Origin: Anthoceros angustus
Lineage: Eukaryota > Plantae > Anthocerotophyta
Length of the DNA: 64,000 bases
Direction: 5' to 3'
Assembly (NCBI GenBank): GCA_010909165.1
Contig: MU008222.1
Coordinates: 121,656-185,655, forward strand
A model generated the notes under the pieces. That model worked only from the letters and a program-made list of their open reading frames with translations, did no database searches and was not told the origin of the DNA. Of this stretch, positions 12,058-24,004 are shown one piece after another (within the stretch, counting starts at the first letter, position 1; each line of letters starts with the position of its first letter). Position numbers and translations under genes: made by a program.

Positions 12058-14034
12058 TAACATTGCTATGCCCCTTTTATATGACCAACTAGCTTACGAT
12101 CCACGATTTTATATATGTCGGCGGAGGCTTACGCTGGCCCCAAGCCTCCTGTCGGGATATAAAGCGTCATGGAGTTCACTGGCCGTTAATGAACCAACAT
12201 GTCTTAAGCGGTGGGCTTTTATCTCAACACTCCTCTAAAGCACCTACTAGGTTAATACATAAGCGTGGTTCACACCGAACTCCGCTAATGCCCCATTTCG
12301 GCAGGAGGCCGCGTAAGAGACTACAAAAAACACAACGATGGAAGCCTTCTCATTACGCTCCTACTGCTAAATCCACCGCCATGCCATCTCCTTCTTCTTG
12401 TGCACCTCAGCTTCTTGATTACTCTTGCGGTGATGAAGACGCCGGGGCACGACCTCTGAGCTAGAGGTGCTGCACGAGGAAGAAGAGAGAAAGAGACATG
12501 GTCACGAGCCGCGCAAGAAAGAAGTCATGGAAGTCATGGGGTCCGCCTACCGTTGCGAGAACTAGTGAGCAGGGTGAATGCCTCCCATGCACGACACCAC
12601 CGAGCGGCAAAGGCTCGGCTGAGCCCGGAGGAAAGGCTCGAGCACAGTGCGCTGAGTATCGCTACTCGTAGCTCGCGCGCCCATCCTTGCCGCTAGGGGT
12701 GAGGCGACTATGGCGGGATAGCAGAGCGAGACCCTACTCATCGCTAGGAGAGTGCCATTACCGGCCGTGAGAGGAGGATACAAACCGAACTGTGAGCAGG
12801 CGGTACAAGACAGTTCTTGGTGAGCTTCATCCAACATTGTCCCTATGTGTTCTTACTCGGCTGACTCCCTCGACGGTGGTGCGTGTGTAGTCCTAAGTGC
12901 AAACCCGGTGACGGCGTGGCCACAACACTACAACAGGAACCGGGTTCCCACCCCCACCTTCAGATAAGTACTCAACTCGTGTCATGAAAGTAGGCGAGTA
13001 ATTCCGAGCCCTAGGCCTGCTAGATGTTTATAGTGCTTATACTTGGCGGGCCTTTGGTGAGGATATCACCACATTCTCGCTGCTAGTATAGTCAACTTTA
13101 CAACCCCTCTTTCCACTACATCTCTCATAGTGATGTTGGATTTCTATATTGCTTTGTTCGCATGGAACCTAGGGTTAGCCACCAGTGCTAGCAGAGCATG
13201 TTGTCCGCGTCAAGTGTAGGCAACCGCTCTTGGTCGAGGTCTTTGAGAAAACCGCGTTCCCATTCCTTAGAGGCATCCGTGAGTGACTTATACTCAGCCT
13301 CCGTAGAAGATAAGCGATGGACGGTTGTTTCTTACATGACGATTCACCACCGCGGCGCCATGAACAAGAGGTGGAGGCTTTTCGAATCGAATATGATCGG
13401 CATCTGCCCCTCCAAGGTTAACTTACCTTTGCCACGAACTTTTGTAGAATAAACTTTGTTCGTGTGCTCAACCATCTATTCGCCCTTTTCCTTGATTTCT
13501 GATTTTATGTATTTTCTAATATAGATCCATGCCTATATGCATCATGCACGTGCCATACATAACCATGTATAGATTACATGTCATGACACATCATCGTCAT
13601 GTCCACATACATCACATGTCATCCATTCGTCATACATACCATGTGCATGCCATCCATGGCCATGCATGCCACATCCATGCACGCGCATCCAAATCAAGTG
13701 GCTTATGCCAAGTGGGATGCCAATCGGTGTGTCAATGTCTCATCGGTCTAGTTTGTCCAGGTCCACAGCGGCGCGCATGCCTTTATACTTGACCAACTAA
13801 CCACGATCACGATTTTATATCGGCGGGAGGCTTCGCTGGGCCTCACATCAGGATATAAAGCGTTAGCGGAGTTCTGGCCGTGTGAACCGCTTATGTCTTA
13901 ACCAGTCGGCTTTTATCTCAACACTCCTCTAAAGCCTACTAGGTTAAGACATAAGCGTGGTTCACACGCGCCAGAACCCCGCCGCCCCATATCCCGATGT
14001 GAGGCCCTAGCGTGAAGGGAGAAATAAAAACACA

Positions 14035-14536
14035 ACGATGGAAGCCTTCTTCATTACGCTCCTACTCGTCACAGCCGCCACCGCCAATCTCCTTCTTGTG
14101 CACCCGTCTGAGCTTCTTGATTCGCTACCGCCGCACGATGATGAAGACACGCGGGGGCACGGCCTACGAGCTAGAGGTGCAGCACGAGAGGAAGAAGAGA
14201 GAAAGGAGACATGGTCAGCAGCCAGGCACGCAAGAGAAGAAGGTTGCACGGTCATGGGAGTCCTGCGCCTCGTTGCAGGAACTAGTGAACAGGGTGAATA
14301 GCCTCCCTGTGCACACGAAATCACACCCTTGCACGGCAAAGGCTCCGGCTGAGCAGAGCGGACAAGGCTCTGGAGCACAGGCGCTTGAGTATCGCTACTC
14401 AGAGCTCGCTGCGCCCATCCTTGCCGCTAGGCTGAGGGCAGCCATGGGCAGGATAGCAGAGCTGGAGATCCTACTCACTGCTAGGAGAGTGCCATTACCA
14501 GCAAGAGAGGAGCAGGATACAAAGCCCGAGCTGTGA
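14035..14536 (+). CDS. Antisense ORF in the Copia-A 3' region (noisy copy at ~12335-12795)
   Basis: ORFs 14038-14301 and 14012-14536 join across frameshifts; lies between the pol stop (~14752) and the 3' LTR on the opposite strand. Confidence 0.35.
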
Positions 14537-14751
14537 GTACGGAGCAGTACAAGACGATTAGTTCTTCAGGTGAGCTTCATCCGAACCTTGGACTGTCCCT
14601 ATATGTGTTTACCGCCTCGGGTCAGACTCCTCACGGCGGTGGTGAGGCTGTGTGTAGTCCTAAGTGCAAGCCGGTTGAGGGACGTCGGCCTACACAAACA
14701 CTACAACACGGAACCGGGTTCCCACCCCTCCCCACCTTCCAGATAAGTACT

Positions 14752-17700
14752 CAACTCGTGTCATGGAAGTAGGCAGAGTAATTCCCGAGCCCTAGGCCTG
14801 CTAGATGTTTATAGTGCTTATACTTAGGCAGGCCTTTGGAGGGATATCAGCCACATTCTCGTCTGTGCTGGTATAATCAACTTTTACAACCCCTCTTTCC
14901 ACTACATCTCTCACATAGTGATGCTGGATTTCTATGTGCTTTGTTCGTGCATGGAACCTAGGGTTAGCCACCAGTGCTAACGCCGACATGTTGTCACAGT
15001 GCAGAAGTGTAGGCAACTTCTGCTCTTGGTCGAGGTCTTTGAGAAATCTGCGTTCCCATTCAGCTTCCTTAGAGGCATCCGTGAGTGACTTATACTCACC
15101 TCCGTGAAGATAAGCGATGGACGCGTTTACATGACCAGTTCACCACTCTAAGACGATGAAAGGGTGGAGAGGCTTTTCACGAATCGATGCCCAATCGGCA
15201 TCATGTACCCTCAAGGTTAACTTACCTTGCCCCGAACTTTGTAGAATAAACTGTTGTGCCCTTAAGGTACCGAAAATCCTCTTAACCGCCACCCTGGGCT
15301 TTGCGGTCGTTCAAGGCGTGAAGCGATTACTTACATCTTGGATGTATGGTCTCGTCCGATTGGCAAAATAAGACTTCTCTGACATGCGTAAGGGATGTCC
15401 TTCATTTCCATCATATACCGGTTGTGGGCACTGTTCACTGGTAAGCTTATCACCTGTAGCGAAGGGTGTTGTTGCTGGCCTAGCTTGATCCATCTTGAAC
15501 TTACGGAGGATATCTCCTATGTTTTTGTGTTGGTGTATGATTAGCAGCCCTTCTTGCCTAACCCTCAAGATCTGTATTCTCAAACAGAACCTGAGTTCGC
15601 CGATGTCCTTTATATCAAATCGTGTGCTAAGCATAGTCTTGACCTCGGCTAATAACGGTTGGCTGTTGGTTGCGAGGATCACATCATCCACATACAAGGC
15701 CAGCACAACGAAATCTGTTCCTCGACTAAGGCGATAAACGTTGGAGTCTGCTACACTCTGTGTGAAGTTGATACTAAGGAGGTACAAATGCATTGTTATG
15801 TACGGACTCTTCCACTTTGTTTGAGCCCATAGATACACTTGAGGAGCTTTAGAACTTTCCTTGGATGACGCTTGTCTTCGTATCCTTGAGTTGCATCATG
15901 TAAAGTTCCTCATCTAGGGCACCATCTAAAAGTCACACACATCCATTTCTGCGGATCCAGGTCAAGTTGCCGGTGCTAGCGATCCTAATGGAGTCTTGTG
16001 GACGGACGGTGAGAAGGTCTCCTGATAGTCTAAGCCCTCCACCTGTGTGAAGCCCTTGCCACGAGCCTTGCCTTGTAGCGGGCAATCTCACCTTTCGCAT
16101 TGAGCTTCAGTTTAAAAACCCACTTACAGGATATGGGTTTCCTCCCCTGTGGCAGGTCAGTAAGCACCCAAGTCTTATTCTTGATAAGAGACTGGTACTC
16201 GTCCTCAACAGCGAGCTTTCCATTGAGCCCTATCGGACCCTGCTATGGCCTCCTTGTAAGGCTCATGATGGGTAGAATATCGGCTGGCTCAAGGGATCGC
16301 CAGTCGATGGACTCATATCGTGGTTCCCGCCACTGGTCAGGTGGTGGACGATGCCTTGTGGTCGGAGCTCAGGTTCGGGTTCTGGTTCCGCAAGCACTCC
16401 TGCCTGTCCCTGTTCCTCATATCCGCAGGTTATCATCGTTCTATACAATGACATGCTGATGATTGAGTTCATTATCTTGATCAATTTCCCTCTCTGGTGC
16501 GAGGCCCGCTTGGCCAGGTTCAACTGGCGCACCCTGGGGAACTACGGCGACAGGGGCGACAGGGGGTATAACGGGGGCCACCAGGGGCTCAGCATCATCT
16601 TGAGGATAATGGACAGCATCAGCATCGTCGTCGGGAGGGATGACAGCTCCCTCTGAAGAGGGCGTGACGGCAGTAACGGGCTGGGATGGCTCCAGAAAAG
16701 TGACGCTGCGTGCAAGGGTGACAGCTCGTGTGTGAGGGTCGAAAAGCTTATAAGCTTTGGCTCGGTCACTATAGCCGACAACAAGCAGTTGGCGGTTGTC
16801 ACCCATTCTCTGCTAGTATAGTCAACTTTACAACCCCTCTTTCCACTACATCTCTCACATAGTGATGTTGGATTTCTATGTGCTTTGTCGTGCATGGAAC
16901 CTAGGGTTAGCCACCTGCTAACGCCCGACATGTTGTCACAGGCGTATGTAGGCACCGCTCTTGGTCGAGGTCTTTGAGAAAACTGCTCCCATCTTCCTTA
17001 GAGGCATCCGTGAGTGACTTATACTCATCAGAAGATAAAGCGATGGACTAATCGCTTTACATGACCAGTTCACCACTGGAAGACAAAGATGAAACAAGAG
17101 GTGGAGAGGCTTTTCCGAATCATGCCCAATCGGCATCATGTACCCTCCAAGGTTAACTTACCTTGCCCGAACTTTGTAGAATAAACTTGTTCGTGCCCTT
17201 AAGGTACCGAAAATCCTCTTAATCGCCACCTGGGCTTTGCCAGTCGTTCAAGGAATCGTGAAAAGGCTTACATAATCGGATGTATGGTCTCGCCCGCTTG
17301 GCGAAAATAAGACTTCCTACAAGATGCTCTGTAAGGATGTCCTTCATTTCCATCATGTCTCGCGACTGGGCATTGTTCACTGTAAGCTTATCACCGTAGC
17401 GAAGGGTGTTGTTGCCGTCTAGCTTGATCCATCTTGAACTTACGGAGGATATCTCCTATGTACTTGTGTTGGTGTATGATTAGCATTCTTCTTGCCTAAC
17501 CTCGGATCTCAGATTCCCAAATGTAACTCGAGTTCACCGATGTCCTTCATATCAAATCGTGTGCTAAGCATAGTCTTGACCTCGGCTAATAACGGTTGTT
17601 GGTTGCAGGATTACATCATCCACATACAAGGCCAGACAACAAACTGCTCCTCGACTAAGGCGATAAACGTTGGAGTCTGCTACACTCTGTGTGAAGTTGA

Positions 17701-20700
17701 TACTAAGGAGGTACAAATGCATTGTTATGTACCAGACTCTTCCACTTTGTTTGAGCCCATAGATACACTTGAGAAGCTTTAGAACTTTCATTGGATGACG
17801 CTTGTCTTCGTATCCTTCAGTTGCATCATGTAAAGTTCCTCATCTAGGGCACCATACGTAAAAGTCAGACACACATCCATTTGCGAGATCCGTCAAGTTC
17901 GCAGCCTGCTAGGATCCTAATGGATCGTGCGGACGATGTGAGAAGGTCTCGATAGTCTAAGCCCTCCACATGTGAAGCCCTTGCCACGAGCCTTGCCTTG
18001 TAGCGGCAATCTCACCTTCGCATTGAGCTTCAGCTTTAAAAACCCACTTACAGGATATGGGTTTCTCCCCTGCAAGGTGTCAAGAAGCACCCAAGTCTTA
18101 TTCTAAGAGATCGTACTTCCTCAACAGCTTTCCATTGAGCCCTATGACCGCTATGGCCTCCTTGTATGAGGCGTGCTCAGGGTAGAATATCCAGTGGCTC
18201 CAAGGATCGCCAACCGATGGACTCATATCGTGGTTCCCGCCAATCGTCGTGGTGGACGGCGCTGTGGAGCGCCGAGCTCGTGTTCGGGTTCGCCCAAGCA
18301 CTCCGCTCCCTGCTCCTCATCCGCCAGTTATCTCGTTATCAATGACATGTGATGATTGAGTTCATTATCTTGATCAATTTCCTCTCGTGCGACCCGCTTG
18401 GCGGTTCAACTGGTGCACTGGGAACTACGTGGGGGGGTATAACGGGGCCACCGGGCTCAAGATCATCTTGAGGATAATGGATGACATCGCTCGAGGGATG
18501 ACAGCTCCCTTTGAAGAGGGCGTGACGGCAGTAACGGGCTGGGATGGCTCCAGAAAAGTGACGCTGCGAGCAAGGGTGACAGATCTTGTGTTAGGGTCGA
18601 AAAGCTTATAAGCTTTGGCTACTATAGCCGAAAACAAGCAGGAGGCGCTACGGTTGTCAAGCTTCTGCGCTTCTGCAGGAATGTAAGCATAGGCCTGGAC
18701 CCAAAAACACGAAGGTGAAGGATGCTTACGCCAAAAGACTTCAAGGGGTTTGGCCAGCATGAGCTTGTAAGCACTCTGTTCAAGATGTATGTGGCTGCCA
18801 CAACCGCCTCAACCCAAAATTCTTGTGGTAAGCCAGCCCACAAAAGCATACTTCGTGTCATAGAAAGTAGGGTCTGATTTTTACGCTCAGCAACCCCATT
18901 CTGTTGCTGGGTGTAGGGGACGATCAGCTGGCGCTGAATACCATGCTCCTGGAGAAAGACATCAAAGGCATGGTTGACAAACTCCGTCTCGTTGTCTGTG
19001 CGAAGCATCTTGAGGAGGCAGCTAGACTGCCTCTGCACCACAGGTAACCATTCCCGGAAGAAATCAAGGGTATCACTCTTAAGATGCATCGGATAGGTCC
19101 AGGAGTATCTGCTGAAGTCATTTGTGATAGTTAAATAATATTGAGCACCCCCCAGAGAGGGCTCATTAATTTTTCCAGAGATGCCAGCATGGACTAACTC
19201 CAGCAAGCAGTTTGCTCTATGGGCGTGCTTTGGAAATGGGAGCTCCCTCTGCTTAGCTAGGATGCAAGACTCGCAGACAGGGTAGATCCTTAAAGCAAGG
19301 TGGGAGTGGCTCCCTATGGCAGGACTGTTTGGACATATCTATTAGCTTATGCCTGTTGGCATGGCCTAAACATGCATGCCACAAGGATGCTAGCTGCTTG
19401 GACTAGGGAAACGCGATGGAATAGGCAGCGGTGGCGAACACACTGACGTCGGCTGTCAGATCGTGTTCCCACCTGGAATGAGCACTCCGAAGGATGGTCT
19501 GTCTTGTAGAAGCAGCAGCTCTCACTATCGACTCGCATCCCATAAACACGAGTTTGCATCAGCTTGCTCAACGAGAGGAGGTTCTTGGCCATATCCAGTA
19601 CAAGAGGACATCATGCACAGAGAAGGTCAACCCATCGTTGAGTAGGAAGGTACAGATTCCAGAACCCTCAACTCGTAGGCTTGTGTCACTCCGTTCATCT
19701 CCTAACAAAACCTTGTCTTTCATATGACATAGGTTCAAGTTAGAAAACAGGCTTGTATCATTGCAGATGTGAGTTGTAGCCCCTGAATCAAGGTACCAGT
19801 AACCAGCATCGTGCAACGAGCTTGTGAGACAAACGGTGAGGATCTTCACAGTCCCTTTCGAGCTTTCTCCCTTTTCCTTAACAACACGTGATTGCTTGTG
19901 TGTGACTAGACCTTGGCTCACCGGCCTTCTTTTCGGCAATCACGAGCCCGGTGTCGGCAAGCTCCACACCAATTCTGCATGATTCTTGGGGTGCTTGGGT
20001 ATGGCGGAAGAACCGAGTTGGGTCTGACCTCCGGTGCTCTTCCTAACCCAAGTGTGCAGATCAAGACTCATAACCTTATCCCCTTTGACACTGTGTCCCC
20101 CGAGGAATTTGAGACGCCCTTGTTCTTCTTGAGCATGACATCCTCTCGTGCCAGATTCGCGGGGGAGGAGCGGCACCAGTGACTTGGGGTTGGCGTATAG
20201 GACCATTGAAGGCACTAATGAAGGTCCCGAGAAAAGGCGGATGATGATGTATAGTAGTTGATTTCGCTGCCTCAACTATCCATCTTGGAACAAGGATTAA
20301 GCTGGAAGCTCGCGATTAGCGAAACCTAAATAACGTGAGGCGACTACTGTCCCCTCTACGTGGCGAAAGGCTGTAAAACTCATGCGTATTGCACACAAGG
20401 TGTACATATTACTATCGCCAACCTGAGGTTCAGCAGTGGCTGATCCAGTTGATCGAGATACCCTTCGGTGGTATGGTACTCCACATCAGTGCGACTGGGA
20501 ACCTCATCTAAACCCCCAGTTAGTAAAATAAAGCGCAACCAGCAATTCAAGCAGTCATTTTCTATTTACATGGTGACCGGAGGTTTGGATTGGCCGATCG
20601 GATGAAAACCCGAGGGTCCATCTACCTTCACACCCCTACGGCACGAGGTTGATTTCCATCACGGACCTTTAGCGGGGTATTTGGTCCCATTGAATCGGTC

Positions 20701-20800
20701 CTTCTCCTTGAATGCAGTCAAAGCTAACACTGAAAGAGGTTGATCATCGGAAGTGGACAAACTAGGACATGAAGCCGGACTACGGTGCATGGATTTGCTT
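14752..20800 (-). pseudogene. Copia-A gag-pol with duplicated RT/RNase H segment
   Basis: ORFs 18622-19206 (integrase), 19568-19939 (protease), 15311-15838 and 17564-17791 (RT), 14801-15016 (RNase H). 14865-16805 is repeated at 16810-18660. Confidence 0.88.
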
Positions 20801-23800
20801 GTTGGATAGATGCTAACATTGACTAGCTCATGTGAGGCTATCGATTCTTTGTTATGGGCGTGAAAGAACCTCACATAGCTGTGGTTTATGACCTTGAGAG
20901 TTGATTGGTAGGCCCCATCATGAATTCTGCCCAGCAATTATTATTGATATATGTATATACCTTGCTCAAAGTTATTGATCAGCGATGGGGGAGTGAGCGG
21001 TGTAGGCGATCGTGCAGAAATGGACCAGTGCATGGGATGTAGATGCACTAAGGCCATCTCTTGAACCTCACCATGTTCAGTGGCACTGCGAAGATCATTA
21101 GCGTCAGCGTCTGATCGACAATGAGTTCGTGATTGGCAAACCCTATCATCGAGTTTTTTTTGAAGCAGAAGGTTCTTGGGTGGGGCAGCGAGGAGGCTTC
21201 AGGGTTGGCGAAGGCGATCTCTTGCAGGAACCCGAAGGGTGGTGGCCGGATCGCACAGCCCTCTCCACTGATCGACAACGCTATGACATCCTCACACTCG
21301 CGTCGTTTGACAATGGTTCGATGACGGAGGAAACCGCTGATAGGCCCAGTTCTCTTGATACGGCTCCAGGCTCCGCGACCTATATCCTCAGATTTCAAGG
21401 CTGAGATGGTTTCTCGAGAGGGTTGGTAATCTTGCGATGTCCTCTTCAAATACATGTAAATGTGTCGACTTGTGTCCTAGTGCTCAGTGATTTCAGACTA
21501 TCTTGTTTCAACCTAAGTTGCCCATGTAATAGGTAGCAATGACAAGGTGATTGACTTCTGCAACCTGAATTGCTCCGCTCTTGGAGAGGCGTGAGAGTTA
21601 TTCTACCTTAATGCTCTCGGTTGGCCTAGATATTAATGCCTATCCTTGTTGTCCACGAGATCCCGGGGCGATACGGAGGAGAGTGTCAACTCGAGAGAAT
21701 TCTCGGTCTTTCACATGTAGAGCAAGTGCGGGATTACGCCTCTCTGTTCTAGCGATTATACAATGCCGGTAGCGGTCAGGTGCGTGATTGTGGCCAGGGT
21801 TTTACGTGTGTGTGAGCTAAGTATCGAGGTGTCTATCAACAAAGTTTCTTAGCGAGGAGGGTTACGAGGTATTCAAGTTACATTAGAGGTCGAGCTTTGA
21901 TTTTGGTAAGGCGGGCATTGCAGGTGGCCAGGCGAGTATGTGTCCACGATAATGCAAATGCGTCGCTCTCTGCGGTGCGATCATGCGATTGCCATTCTCG
22001 GCGGGGCATTTCACGAATTTAGATGGTAGGCGGAGGTGCTGCTCACGATACCATCATTGATTTTCTAATCAGGAGATGTAAAAACAAAAGCGGAACTTTG
22101 CATAATAGACCAAGCATTTTTAACAACAGTGTGTGTTGCCCTTTTGTAGCAATACAGCTAGCATGATTCTCCTAACCCTGGTTAGATTTAGCAACCCAGT
22201 CGGCTTTTATCTCAACGATCATGTTGAAGAAGAGTGAAAGCCTTCTTCTGTCTTTGGAAGATTCCGGAAACCATGCTGCAGGCTATGCCTCCTAATGCCA
22301 AAAGAATCGTTTCAAGAAGGCGTGTCACGATTCTTCTTGATCTGGGAAGAGGAGAATAGGAGAGGTCTTGGAGCACTTGTTGCGCCCTTTCGTCTCTGGC
22401 TAGTGCAAGGGAGGGGTGTAAGCGTTTCTCATGCGTGAGCCCCACTAAGATGCTATTTGAAGCCTTGAGACGCATGTATTGCATTAGATGCAGTATGAAA
22501 AATTGAAGACAAAGTCCTGGTGATGCTGCTCCTTGGGGACGAGACAAGCCAAACCATGTCAAAAAATCCACACCGCCCTTGGTGCGATTGCGTGGATTTG
22601 CGGACCTTCCAAACGGGGTATTTAGTCCCATTGAATCGGTCCTTCTCCTTCAGGTCTGAGGTAAAGCTAACACCTGAAGAGGTTGATGTCGGAAGTGGAC
22701 CGCTTCCGGACATGGTTACTACAGCTGATGACACTGCTTGTTGGATAACTTGCTGTTCGAACTGCTATGTGAGGCTATCAATTGCTGTTGTGGACATGAA
22801 AAGACTATCACATGCTCATGGTTATGACCAGAGTTAGTTGGTAGCTGTCATGATTCTGCCCAGCAATTATTATTCTGATGTATGTATATGCCTTATGCGT
22901 TATTGATCCAAGCGATGCAGGGGACTGAACGGTGGGCAGTGTTGGGGCGGACCCAGTACATGGAGATGTATAGATCTCGGCCCACCGCCCTCATAGCTGC
23001 TCCCGACCAAGATCGCCAACTATGGCAGCAATGAGTTTCAGCGGTTAGCAAACCCTAACTCATCAAGTTTTTTTTTTTTTTGAAAGCGGCGTTACGCCGG
23101 CAGAAAGTCGCGAGGTGGCAAAGGCGTCTCTTGAGAACCCGAAGGGTGGTGAGATCGCGCTTTCCACCGGTCGACAACGCCGACATCCGCGTCGTTTCAA
23201 GCAATTTCGGCAAAGCTTCACCATGAATCGACTTGATGCTCGGGGCTCCCTCCGACAAATATCCTGATTTCAAGGTGAGATGGTTCAGAAGGTTGGTAAT
23301 CTTGCTGATATCTCTCTTCAAATCTGTGTAGGTAACGTCAAGCTTGTGTCCTAGGCTCGTAGCTCGAATGTCTTGTTTCAAAGATTCATGCCATGACAGC
23401 AAAGAAGGTGATTGACTTCAACCTCGCCCAACACCGAGAGCGAGAGGATTATTCTCTGAATGCTCCTGGGCCATTTGTTAATGCCGCCTATCCTTGTTGT
23501 CCACAGATCCAAAGGCGTGGAGGAGAGTGTCAACTCCAGGAATTCCTGCCTTCAGAACAAGTCTGCCCGCCTCTCTGCTCACACGTGCTGCTCCGGTCCT
23601 GATCCAGGAGGGTGGTTTCGTGTGTGAGAGCGGCTAGATCCAGAGTGTCTATCAACAAAGTTTCTTAGCGAGAGGTTCGGGTATCTGTTCAGAGGTCCAG
23701 ACAATTTAGGGCGTGCATTGCACCGCGACGGTATGTGTCACGATGGCCACGTACGCTCCTGCGGGTGCCGATCCTTCTGCGATTACCCGACCTCGGCATT

Positions 23801-23843
23801 TCCTAGGAATTTAGATAGTAGGCAGAGCTGTGCTCTGATACCA

Positions 23844-24004
23844 TGTTGATTTTCTAATCAGAGATGTAAAAACAAAAGCAGACTTTGCATAATAGAAAAA
23901 GCATTTTTAACATAGTGTATGTGCCCTTTTATACTTGACCAACTAACCGCGATTCTCCTAACCCTAGTTAGATTACTTAACCAGAGGTCGGCTTTTATCT
24001 CAAC
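23844..24004 (-). repeat. Copia-A 5' LTR (duplicate noisy copy ~22054-22216)
   Basis: tgttgattttctaatc...ttttatctcaac adjacent to the PBS; matches the split 3' LTR pieces. Confidence 0.85.

Larger units (their letters stand above)
2800..24004 (-). mobile_element. Ty1/Copia LTR retrotransposon (Copia-A), with internal duplications and a Gypsy inside its 3' LTR
   Basis: 5' LTR 23844-24004 next to reverse-complement tRNA-iMet PBS gctctgatacca (23832-23843). 3' LTR split into ~2800-2872 and ~12066-12229, followed by PPT complement ctcctct. Minus-strand order gag (KEKDRFNG), protease (WYLDSGATTH), integrase (ELVHA..RTDN..EF..QQNGVAERKN), RT (YVDD), RNase H (CDNMSAL..HARTKHIEI). Confidence 0.9.
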
